A stretch of DNA of 64,000 nt, taken from NCBI GenBank assembly GCA_044344795.1, contig JBIJCF010000008.1, positions 18,388 to 82,387 of the forward strand, given 5' to 3'. Source of the DNA: Bacteroidia bacterium (GTDB taxonomy: Bacteria > Bacteroidota > Bacteroidia > Palsa-965). This document shows positions 28,328-37,366 of this stretch, piece after piece. Positions within the stretch are counted from its first letter, which is position 1, and each line of letters begins with the position of its first letter. Both the position numbers and the translations under genes were made by a program. The notes under the pieces were generated by a model, which was not told the origin of the DNA, made no database searches, and was given only the letters and a program-made list of their open reading frames with translations.

Positions 28328-30417
28328 TGCAACGGATTTTAGTAATCGCGCTTATATTTTTCTCTACAATCCTGTACGGACAAGTAGATTCGGTAAAGAC
28401 GGATGATCCGCTCAACCAACAAATCGAATTACTTTCCGAAAATCTGGAACAGGAAGATGCGGATTACACCAATCTGATCGAAGATCTGCAGTATTACAAA
28501 GCCCATCCCATCAATCTGAATACCGCAACACGAGAACAATTGCGGGAATTGGGATTGTTGAGTGAAATACAAATTGGAGGAATTATTGCCTACCGCGAAC
28601 GATTCGGCAACTTCGTTTCTATCTATGAAATTCAAGCAGTTCCGGAATTAGACTTAGGCACTATTTACTCCATTCTGCCTTATGTGCGCGTGTCCGACAG
28701 ATTAGATGCAGCACATTTCAACGCCAAAGAAATGTTTAAGAATGGAAAGCATGAAATTGTTTTCCGCACCCAACGAATTATTGAACAACAGGAAGGCTTC
28801 GCGCCTATTGACAGTGCAGAATTAGCGGAAAATCCAAATAAACGCTACCTCGGCAATCCGTACCGAATGTTCATGCGCTATCGCTTCACCTACTCCAACT
28901 TCGTCAGCTGGGGTATGACTGCGGAGAAAGATGCCGGCGAAGAATTTTTCAGAGGCACACAAAAGCAAGGATTTGATTTTTATTCCGCTCATGTCAGTGT
29001 TAGAAATTTCGGAGTAGTAAAAGCAGCCGTGCTTGGCGATTATCAGGTGAGCTTTGGTCAAGGACTTGTGGCGTGGACCGGTTACGCATTCGGCAAAACT
29101 GCGATGTCAGTTGCTACCAAACGCAATGCTATTGGATTACGTCCATACACATCGGTGGATGAAAATCGTTTTTTACGCGGAGGAGCTACTACATTACGTT
29201 TCGGCAAAATAGAAACTACCGCATTTTATTCGGTAAAGAAACGTGACGCCAACATTACAAGAACCGACACGCTGCAAAATGACATTGAAGTTTTGGAAGT
29301 AAGCAGTCTTCAATTATCCGGCTTACACACCACGTTGGCCGAACTTGCCGACAAAGATGTTATTACAGAGCACTACATGGGCGGTAATGTCAGCTTTAAA
29401 ACTCAGAAATTCTCATTAGGAGTTACCGGCGCGCATTCCAGATACAGTGCACCTCTGCGACGTGATTTAGATTTGTATAATCAGTTCGAATTTTCATCTG
29501 ATCGAAACACCGTAATCGGAGCCGACTACAGTTTTCTGATTCGTAATTTTCATTTCTTCGGTGAAGCCGCCCGCAGCGCATCCGGAGGAATGGCTTTTGT
29601 CAATGGCGTATTAATCAGTTTGGATCCACGCCTCGCGTTCACCTTGCATCACCGCCACTTTGATCGCGACTTCCAGAATTTATACGCCAACACATTTTCC
29701 GAAAGTACATTTCCACTAAATGAACAAGGCATTTATATGGGCATTCAAGCTAAGCCCGCAAAAAAAATTACGCTTACAGCTTATTACGATCAAGTGAAAT
29801 TTCCGTGGATGCGCTACAATGCCGATGCGCCTTCCAACTTTCAGGATGTGTTGATCCAATTGAATTTCACTCCCGACAAAAAAACGGACTTCTACATTCG
29901 TTACCGCAATCGAGATCGTTGGGTGAACGCTACCGATCCTGATGCGGATATTGATTTCATCGTACCGCTTGATCAACAAAACATTCGCTTTCAGGCTTCT
30001 TATCCGCTCGGACCATCCTTGCGTTTACGAAATCGTATTGAATACTTGATATATCATCAAGCTAATGAAGAGCGTTCTACCGGCTTTGTGATGTGGCAGG
30101 ATTTAACCTACAAAAAGCTCGGTTCACCAATTGCCATTACGTTACGTTACGCGTTGTTCCAGACCGAAAGTTACGACGCACGTATTTACGCCTATGAGAA
30201 TGACATGCCGTATGCGTTTTCTGTTCCTGCGTATTACTACAAAGGCTCCAGAGCATACGTACTCATCAATTGGGACGTTACACGACGCGTGGAATTGTGG
30301 CTGCGTGTTGCACAGTTCTTCTACTACGACAGAGATGTGATTAGTGAAGGCGGAATGAATGAAATTCGAGGAAATACAAAGTCCGAGGTGAAACTGCAAA
30401 TGCGTATTAAACTCTAA
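28327..30417 (+). CDS. ComEA-like helix-hairpin-helix domain fused to a predicted outer-membrane beta-barrel
   Basis: Signal peptide ending LYG-Q; PINLNTATREQL..LGLL.....IIAYRERFGNF.SIYEIQAV (HhH); EKDAGE and GDYQVSFGQGL; long beta-strand region ending VKLQMRIKL. Confidence 0.82.
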   Translation: MQRILVIALIFFSTILYGQVDSVKTDDPLNQQIELLSENLEQEDADYTNLIEDLQYYKAHPINLNTATREQLRELGLLSEIQIGGIIAYRERFGNFVSIYEIQAVPELDLGTIYSILPYVRVSDRLDAAHFNAKEMFKNGKHEIVFRTQRIIEQQEGFAPIDSAELAENPNKRYLGNPYRMFMRYRFTYSNFVSWGMTAEKDAGEEFFRGTQKQGFDFYSAHVSVRNFGVVKAAVLGDYQVSFGQGLVAWTGYAFGKTAMSVATKRNAIGLRPYTSVDENRFLRGGATTLRFGKIETTAFYSVKKRDANITRTDTLQNDIEVLEVSSLQLSGLHTTLAELADKDVITEHYMGGNVSFKTQKFSLGVTGAHSRYSAPLRRDLDLYNQFEFSSDRNTVIGADYSFLIRNFHFFGEAARSASGGMAFVNGVLISLDPRLAFTLHHRHFDRDFQNLYANTFSESTFPLNEQGIYMGIQAKPAKKITLTAYYDQVKFPWMRYNADAPSNFQDVLIQLNFTPDKKTDFYIRYRNRDRWVNATDPDADIDFIVPLDQQNIRFQASYPLGPSLRLRNRIEYLIYHQANEERSTGFVMWQDLTYKKLGSPIAITLRYALFQTESYDARIYAYENDMPYAFSVPAYYYKGSRAYVLINWDVTRRVELWLRVAQFFYYDRDVISEGGMNEIRGNTKSEVKLQMRIKL

Positions 30418-30724
30418 AATAAAAGCTTACGTTCATTTTCTGCAGCGGACAAGAACTGTTTTGGACCTTCACTATACAATTACATGCAACAGAAAAAGTA
30501 GATAAAACCGACGGCAACAGCTTTGCTATAACGCGATTAGCCCAAAACGCAGTAAGGTAACATCTGGCAATCCAACACTTGCTTTGCACGCATGGCATGC
30601 CAAATAACGCAACGTATTTCTGCTACGCAACACGTCACCAAAAAAAACCAGAATAAGTATTACTTATCAATTAATCCTGATGCAAATCAAATAATGCACT
30701 ACAGAGCAAAAGATTCAATCAGAA

Positions 30725-32977
30725 TTAACGAATGAGGTTTACTCCTCCGATATATCGGGTGCTTTTACCATCGAGATCCTTCACGGTAATTTTGTACACG
30801 TACGTGTCGATCTGAACTTGCTTGCTGTTAAACGTACCATCCCATCCTTTCAGTGGATCAATAGTTTTGAAGATTAAATTACCCCAACGATCAAACACCA
30901 ACATTTCATATTCCCGCACATACGACAACGAAGAGAATACCGGCATAAAAAGATCATTGTTACCATTAGAATTCGGTGTGAATGCATTCGGGATCCAAAT
31001 CAATAGTTCAGGAGAAATTAATAACTCGTGGATCATTGTATCCGGACAAGCCCCACCCGCAGCGGAAACCACCAGCATTACGGAGAACACTCCGGTGTCT
31101 TGATACGTGTAATATGGATTTTGAACGTTCGACGTCGCTCCGTTTTCATCAAAGAACCATTGCCATTCTACAGGTCCGTTCGTGCTTTGATCGGTGAAAT
31201 AAATGGTAGAATTATTCAATGTTGCAGGTTGTGGAGATAACGTAAATTCAGCAACAGGACCCGGAATAACATCTACCATCTGCGCAATAGTCAAGGTGTC
31301 CTTGCAACCTTGAGCAGAAGTTACATACAGCGTTACATCATATTGCCCCTGATTGATAAAGCAATGATTAGGATTCTGCACGGTGTCACTTCCTCCATCA
31401 CTATATTCCCACAACCATTGCGCTGCAGTGCTATTCGCAACTGTTGTTAAGTCTGTAAAATCAACGCATAAAGGAGAACATCCGGTCAATGGATCAGCAC
31501 TAAATGCAGCAACAGGCAATTCATAAACGGTGATACTTCTTTGCGCAGTATCTGAACAGCCCAATGAATCCGTAACTTCCAGCACCACCGTGTAGCTTCC
31601 ACTCAACGGATAGCTGTATGAAGGATCTGAGATATTGCTGGTATCGTTCGTCGACAAATTAACCCCGAAATCCCAATGGTAGTCGACGATTGGGCCATTG
31701 ATGGTCACAGTAGTAGCAGAGCTAAAATCAATTTGTTCATTAGGACACGCGCTTGTTGCCGTAAATGCGGCTGTTGGTCCCGGAACTACGTTTATGACCA
31801 CTAATCCCGATGTTGTTTGAGCCGGAGTTCCGTTATCTGTTCCGCTGATGGTGATGGTGTTAATTCCAAGATTAGTGGGCAATCCCACAAAGAATGCATT
31901 TAAGTTAACAGGATTTGCCGGGGCAGATGGAACAACGGTAAGTCCTGTACCCGGGGTAGTTGCAGTAGCGCTGGTCAACTGATTATTTTCCGGCGACAAA
32001 AACTGTGCGGTAATGATGAAAGTATCTCCTACGCACAAATCGAATGTATCACACACCTGATTGGCGTTCATGATCGGAGGCAAATTACCACCACCGCCTG
32101 CTGTGCACACATCAAGAAAAAACTGTTTATTATCTAACCAACTTATCTGACTCGCAGGTCCGAATGGCCCGTTGTAGTTGGTTCCCGGAGCATCGAATCG
32201 TCCGATCTGAATATAGTTAACACCATCACCCAAATTAGCACCGACAGTTGCCGCCGTACCTCCAAAACCGTTCACACCGCTGGATGCATCACCGGTTGTC
32301 CACTGCATATCGCCGTAACAGAATGCCGCATTAGATCCAGGCGGGAGCAACGGATCAGTTCCATCTGTAATGATCAATTGAAAATCGTTCAGCTTATCAG
32401 TATGTTGCGAGAAATATCCAACGATTTCCCAACGCACGATCATTGCAGTTGGTGTGACCTTGTAATGCACAACACCGCTTGCTAATCCGCGTGTATCAAT
32501 GTCTGCCCAAAACGGTGCAATCATCGTGTAGTTAGCACTTGGAAATGCAGCAGAACTGAATGCTCCGTATGGATTATTAAATGAGATATTACCGTTATTG
32601 TTAATGTAAACCTGATTAAAATTTTGTCCGTAAAAACAAAAGTTAAATGGCAGGTTAATTACTGCCGATGAACCATCATCGTTGCGATACAAAGGAGCTA
32701 TTCCGAATGGAAATGGCACCACCTGAAATGTAGCGTCCAAAGGAACAATACATTCACAATTAGCAGGAGCCTGCGGAGTTACAGGAGGTTGTTGTATAAC
32801 GGGATTTGACTCCGGCTGACCTGCAGGATCAATGTAATACACACCATTATTCAACGCGCCGGCTGACTTCAGCGAATCGTAGACCAACGGAGATAATCCT
32901 ACGGGCACTTGCTGCTGACCAAGGAGCGCTGCTTGAGCACAGACAACAATAATAAGTACAGCGAGAATACGCTTCAT
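30725..32977 (-). CDS. T9SS cargo: nidogen-like (NIDO) domain, three PKD repeats, type B (gliding-motility-associated) CTD
   Basis: LPFNFCFYG..YINNNG.ISF..IAPFWADID (NIDO); WDFG/WEYS/WFFD PKD repeats; IPNAFTPN..G.ND.F...FDRWG...GWDG...YVYKI. Confidence 0.9.
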   Translation of the reverse strand: MKRILAVLIIVVCAQAALLGQQQVPVGLSPLVYDSLKSAGALNNGVYYIDPAGQPESNPVIQQPPVTPQAPANCECIVPLDATFQVVPFPFGIAPLYRNDDGSSAVINLPFNFCFYGQNFNQVYINNNGNISFNNPYGAFSSAAFPSANYTMIAPFWADIDTRGLASGVVHYKVTPTAMIVRWEIVGYFSQHTDKLNDFQLIITDGTDPLLPPGSNAAFCYGDMQWTTGDASSGVNGFGGTAATVGANLGDGVNYIQIGRFDAPGTNYNGPFGPASQISWLDNKQFFLDVCTAGGGGNLPPIMNANQVCDTFDLCVGDTFIITAQFLSPENNQLTSATATTPGTGLTVVPSAPANPVNLNAFFVGLPTNLGINTITISGTDNGTPAQTTSGLVVINVVPGPTAAFTATSACPNEQIDFSSATTVTINGPIVDYHWDFGVNLSTNDTSNISDPSYSYPLSGSYTVVLEVTDSLGCSDTAQRSITVYELPVAAFSADPLTGCSPLCVDFTDLTTVANSTAAQWLWEYSDGGSDTVQNPNHCFINQGQYDVTLYVTSAQGCKDTLTIAQMVDVIPGPVAEFTLSPQPATLNNSTIYFTDQSTNGPVEWQWFFDENGATSNVQNPYYTYQDTGVFSVMLVVSAAGGACPDTMIHELLISPELLIWIPNAFTPNSNGNNDLFMPVFSSLSYVREYEMLVFDRWGNLIFKTIDPLKGWDGTFNSKQVQIDTYVYKITVKDLDGKSTRYIGGVNLIR

Positions 32978-33079
32978 GGGTTTAGGATGATAAGTCAGTC
33001 AATCATGTGTTTGCTTCGTAAAGATACGACAATACTGCTTCCTCTCAAATTGCATACATTTGCCGTCTTTTTGCATATA

Positions 33080-34405
33080 ATGACTTGGTCCACACATATT
33101 AAAGCAACCATTTTACTGGCACTTCCTGTTTGCTTTAGCAATATGGGTCATATCGTTGTGGACCTCACCGATAACTTTTTTATAGGTCAATTACCGGAAA
33201 AAACGGCGGGACAAGCGGCAGTAAGTCTTGCCGGGGCAATATACACGACAATTCTGGTCTTGGCCATCGGCATTTCGTATGGGATAACGCCAATTGTTGC
33301 CGAACTCAGCGCCAAAAATGCTCCCGAAAAAATTGTCGGGCATCTTCGTCAGGCTATCATGACTAATTTTTTAGTTTCAGTGGTGCTATTGGGTGTTTTG
33401 TTTTTAATAACTCCATTACTTCATCAAACGGATCAACCGAAGGAGGTGACAGATCTTGCTATACGATTTCTGGGCGTTATCATGTTGTCTATGGTACCCT
33501 TAAGTTTGTTTTTCACATTCAAACAATTTCTGGAAGGTCTATCCGATACGAAGGCTGCTATGTTCATTACCTTAAGTGGAAATGCATTAAACATTACACT
33601 TAATTATGCGATGGTGTTCGGCAACTGGGGCTTTCCGCAGTTAGGAGTAATGGGTTCCTGCTGGGCAACATTTATCGCCAGAATGTACATGGGACTTGCG
33701 TTGCCCGTTTACGTATACTTTCACCCAATTTATAAAAAGTACCGTTCAGGATTTATTCCCGGCAAATGGGATAAATCAATTATTCGTGAACAACTTAAAA
33801 TCGGTGTTCCTTCCGGGTTAATTTTTGTCATGGAAGTGGCCGCATTCGGAATACCAACCTTATTTATCCCGGGCACCGAACAATTGGCAGCGCATCGTGT
33901 AGCGTTAGGTTTAGCGGCATTATCGTATATGATTTCGAGCGGCATCGGCGCAGCTGCAACCATACGTGTAGGTCATTTTGTAGGATTGAATGATCCTGAA
34001 AATATTCGTAAATCAGGATACTCTGCTGTATTACTTTCGCTGGTGGTAATGAGTATTGCAGCATTCGTGTTTATCGTTGGCAACACTGCTCTTCCGTCCT
34101 ACTTTAATAATGATCCGGGAGTATTAGCATACGCCGGCCCGCTATTATTGATTGGCGCCGCATTTCAGCTTTTCGATGGAACACAAGTGGTTTCACAAGG
34201 TGCATTGCGGGGATTAAAAGACACGCTCGTTCCCGGAATTATTGCATTCGCTGCTTATTGGGTTGTAGGCCTTCCTATCAGCTACGTATTTTGCGTCCCT
34301 ATGCAAATGGGTGTAAATGGCGTGTGGTATGGATTCGTTGTCGGACTAGCTGTGGCGTCAATCGGATTTATTATACGCTTCCGACGTCTCGCTTTGCTTC
34401 GTTAG
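33080..34405 (+). CDS. MATE family efflux transporter
   Basis: About 12 TM helices; FKQFLEG, GFPQLGVMG, AATIRVG and FQLFDGTQVV..GALRGLKD; start moved to MTWSTH, downstream of a TACATTTG box. Confidence 0.92.
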   Translation: MTWSTHIKATILLALPVCFSNMGHIVVDLTDNFFIGQLPEKTAGQAAVSLAGAIYTTILVLAIGISYGITPIVAELSAKNAPEKIVGHLRQAIMTNFLVSVVLLGVLFLITPLLHQTDQPKEVTDLAIRFLGVIMLSMVPLSLFFTFKQFLEGLSDTKAAMFITLSGNALNITLNYAMVFGNWGFPQLGVMGSCWATFIARMYMGLALPVYVYFHPIYKKYRSGFIPGKWDKSIIREQLKIGVPSGLIFVMEVAAFGIPTLFIPGTEQLAAHRVALGLAALSYMISSGIGAAATIRVGHFVGLNDPENIRKSGYSAVLLSLVVMSIAAFVFIVGNTALPSYFNNDPGVLAYAGPLLLIGAAFQLFDGTQVVSQGALRGLKDTLVPGIIAFAAYWVVGLPISYVFCVPMQMGVNGVWYGFVVGLAVASIGFIIRFRRLALLR

Positions 34406-34938
34406 TCCTGTTCTAACATGTAGCGCTCACGAATAATACGTTCGTGATGAATAACATGTCCTACAATGACAAATAATAATGCACGAGGTGTTGTAATGTG
34501 ATTGTTCGCAGTCAAACTTCGATCCAATTCTTCATTCGTCATTCCGCGAAATAACGACAGTGTCGCTTCACGAATTGTTCCGAACTCGTGCACAAGATCG
34601 AACATCGTGCGTCGATTAAAGTCTGCGTTGGTCACGTAATTATTTTCATCGAACCCCGGAAGCGATTGCGTTTCACCACGAGCGCCTGCCAATGCGCGGT
34701 ACGCCATGATACGTTCTGTATCGTTAATGTGTCCGATAATTTCTTTTATGGTCCACTTGCCTTCTGCGTAACGATAATCTTCTCTGTCCGACGGAACCTC
34801 AGAAACCAAACCTTTCATTTGCAATAACTGAGTCTCTACCAAACGAAAAATATTTTCATCAGGAACGAGATCAATGTACCGTTCAAAGTATGGCTGATAT
34901 GTTCCCTTTTGAGGCTTACCAATTACCGCGTATTTCAT
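34402..34938 (-). CDS. DinB family protein
   Basis: YRYAEGKWTIKEIIGHINDTERI, LPGFDEN.Y and GHVIHH. Confidence 0.88.
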   Translation of the reverse strand: MKYAVIGKPQKGTYQPYFERYIDLVPDENIFRLVETQLLQMKGLVSEVPSDREDYRYAEGKWTIKEIIGHINDTERIMAYRALAGARGETQSLPGFDENNYVTNADFNRRTMFDLVHEFGTIREATLSLFRGMTNEELDRSLTANNHITTPRALLFVIVGHVIHHERIIRERYMLEQD

Positions 34939-36647
34939 GGTACTTTAAGATGATTGAGTTCGCTTTGTACAAAATTCATTAACTCTTCTACGTATGACTT
35001 ACTGAAATCAAACTTAATTCCGGCAGCCTTATAAATTTCAGGAATTGACGCTGTATACCCGAGTTTCAATGCATTTTTAAACTGAGTCAACGTAGTTGAA
35101 GGATCTTGCTTATAATTTCTCCAGACAGCTAAAGCGCCTAATTGAGCCATGCCATACTCGATGTAGTAAAACGGCACTTCATAAATATGCAATTGACGTT
35201 GCCAGGAATAATTCCTGTACTGCTGATACGATTGCCAATTCACCACACCGGAATCGAAACGACCAATAATAGCAATCCACGCGGCATCGCGTTGTTCTGA
35301 CGTATGATTTTTGTTCGTGTACAACCAATGTTGAAAAGCGTCAACGGCAGCCACCCATGGCAATGTAGCAATCACCTTTTCCAACTGTTCAACTTTAGCA
35401 CGCCGCAATTCTTCTCGATCAGGAATAAAAACATCCCAATGTTCCATCGTCAACAATTCCATGGACATAGAAGCCAATTCACACACTTCAGAAGGTGGAT
35501 CCTTTACACCCTTTAAGGGCAGATAATTCATTAAAAAAGAATGAACTGCATGCCCCGCTTCATGAACCATAGTAACCAGATCACGCAAAGTGCCTGCAGA
35601 GTTCATGAATATGAAAGGTGCTCCTGTTTCTGCTAACGGATAGTTATATCCTCCGGGAGCTTTACCGATACGTGAATCCAAATCAAAATGCCCAAGCTCA
35701 TTCATTGTACGAATAAAACCGGCGAATTCAGAATCAATTTTATTTAAGCAAGTTATTGTCTTGTCAATAAGTTCATTGCCACCGGCAAAAGGTTTCACGG
35801 CAGGCTTACCACTAACATCTACATCCAGATCATAAGGCAACAACTCGTGCAACTGCATCGCATCTTTTCGTTGCATTTCAATCGTGCGCATAACAGGCAC
35901 CACAGCAGATTCGATCGCTGTATGAAATTGAAAACAATCGTTTGCGGTATAATCAAATCGTGCCATCGCATCAAAACTGTATGCCGCGTAGTCGCTGTAT
36001 CCCGCATTTGTTGCCACATCCTGACGCAACACGGTAAGTTCATCCAACAACAGATCAAGCTGTGCTTTATCCTGTGAGCGACGCTGTTGAATTGCTTCAT
36101 ATACTTGGCGGCGCTTTTCTCTATCTGGATTCTTAAGAAATACGGCGGCTTGTTGCAAGGTTAGTTCCTTCTCATCAACGATGATGGTTTGTGCACTTGC
36201 AATTTGTCCATACTCCTGACTCTTCGTGCTGATTTGCGAAAAGATGGGAATGTTCTCCTCGCGAAACATCTTAAGTTCATTCAGAATCAACTTTTTGTAA
36301 ATACCATACAGCGCATCATCCAGATCCTTCAAGAACGGAGAATCTGCAATTCGTTCATGCAGTTGATTAAATAATTTAGCTGCTGGAGGCTCAATTTCGT
36401 TGACAAAATATTCGTAGCGATCCTGCAACTTCTTATTGGTGGTGTCGCACGTAAAACGTATATATCGCCATGCCAGATCCTCACTGAATACAGCTTCTAA
36501 TTCACTAAGGTCTTTTAACCACGCTGAAAAATCTTCTGCGTTTTGCCACTTACGTTGCAGAAGATTATCGCAAAAAGGTTCCAGTTCCGCCCAATTGGAG
36601 ATGGCAAAACTTTCCGGTAAGAAATGTCTGCGTATTTGAACACTCAT
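34935..36647 (-). CDS. M3 family oligoendopeptidase
   Basis: GKAPGGY, HEAGH, EVCELASMSME and HIYEVPFYYIEYG. Confidence 0.93.
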   Translation of the reverse strand: MSVQIRRHFLPESFAISNWAELEPFCDNLLQRKWQNAEDFSAWLKDLSELEAVFSEDLAWRYIRFTCDTTNKKLQDRYEYFVNEIEPPAAKLFNQLHERIADSPFLKDLDDALYGIYKKLILNELKMFREENIPIFSQISTKSQEYGQIASAQTIIVDEKELTLQQAAVFLKNPDREKRRQVYEAIQQRRSQDKAQLDLLLDELTVLRQDVATNAGYSDYAAYSFDAMARFDYTANDCFQFHTAIESAVVPVMRTIEMQRKDAMQLHELLPYDLDVDVSGKPAVKPFAGGNELIDKTITCLNKIDSEFAGFIRTMNELGHFDLDSRIGKAPGGYNYPLAETGAPFIFMNSAGTLRDLVTMVHEAGHAVHSFLMNYLPLKGVKDPPSEVCELASMSMELLTMEHWDVFIPDREELRRAKVEQLEKVIATLPWVAAVDAFQHWLYTNKNHTSEQRDAAWIAIIGRFDSGVVNWQSYQQYRNYSWQRQLHIYEVPFYYIEYGMAQLGALAVWRNYKQDPSTTLTQFKNALKLGYTASIPEIYKAAGIKFDFSKSYVEELMNFVQSELNHLKVP

Positions 36648-36679
36648 AACTGCTGTAGACTACAAAAATAAAAACCGGT

Positions 36680-37228
36680 CTATGCAGAACCGGTTTTACG
36701 AACACCTTGTGCTTTTACTTTCGGCGCATTCGTTTTGACATTTTGTTTTGCGCTAATGTCCTTCTTTACAGCCGGCGCTTTAACCTTTTCTTTGTCCGCA
36801 CCTTTTACTGCTTTAGCACCTTCCTCCTTGCTTTCTTCAGGCTTAGCTTCGAGCAACCCTGCGCCATGCAACAAGCGATACCAATTGAACAACTTCTTAA
36901 TATCTGAAGTGTGAACGCGATCTTCGTCGTACTCCGGCAGGGCTTCTTTCATGTAAGCACGCAATCCTTTTTCGTCTGTTGCTTTCGGATCGATACACAA
37001 TCCACCTTTTTCTTTATCGTAAATTTTGGCGAGAACATCCTTCAACGGCATATCCTCTGTAGTAGAGTAAATACTGATGTCTTCCAGCGCACTGATTTTG
37101 TGCGAACCGAAAGCTGTCGTACGCTTTTTATCAATCAACGACTCCACAACAACACCATTTTTTGCCTGAGCCACTACTTTATACAAACCGGGCTGTCCGG
37201 CAATTGCAATTACGTTACTGATATCCAT
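36680..37228 (-). CDS. Conserved Bacteroidota protein (DUF5606-like)
   Basis: IAIAGQPGLYK, ISALEDISIY and LPEYDEDRVHTSDIKKLFNWY; Lys-rich tail. Confidence 0.8.
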   Translation of the reverse strand: MDISNVIAIAGQPGLYKVVAQAKNGVVVESLIDKKRTTAFGSHKISALEDISIYSTTEDMPLKDVLAKIYDKEKGGLCIDPKATDEKGLRAYMKEALPEYDEDRVHTSDIKKLFNWYRLLHGAGLLEAKPEESKEEGAKAVKGADKEKVKAPAVKKDISAKQNVKTNAPKVKAQGVRKTGSA

Positions 37229-37279
37229 AGTTTAAAAAGTATTTGCGCAAATGTACTAAACGTCGGGCGGTCTGAGAAG

Positions 37280-37318
37280 TTCAGACCTTAAAGGTTTTAA
37301 AAACCTTTAAGGTCTGAA
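37280..37318. repeat. REP-like extragenic palindrome
   Basis: ttcagaccttaaaggtttt-a-aaaacctttaaggtctgaa with perfect 19-bp arms. Confidence 0.7.
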
Positions 37319-37320
37319 AC

Positions 37321-37352
37321 AAAAAAACCACCCCTTTCGAGGTGGTTTTTTT
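37321..37352. terminator. Intrinsic terminator downstream of the S8 protease gene
   Basis: aaaaaaaccacc-cctttcga-ggtggttttttt. Confidence 0.85.
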
Positions 37353-37366
37353 ACCTAATATGCTTA

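Noticed and set aside
32909-33079. N-terminal extension of the MATE ORF, and similar extensions of ltaE, gltA and the genes ending at 6491, 7518 and 18761
   Set aside because: The extensions overlap divergent genes or promoter motifs; downstream ATGs give family-typical N-termini or signal peptides.
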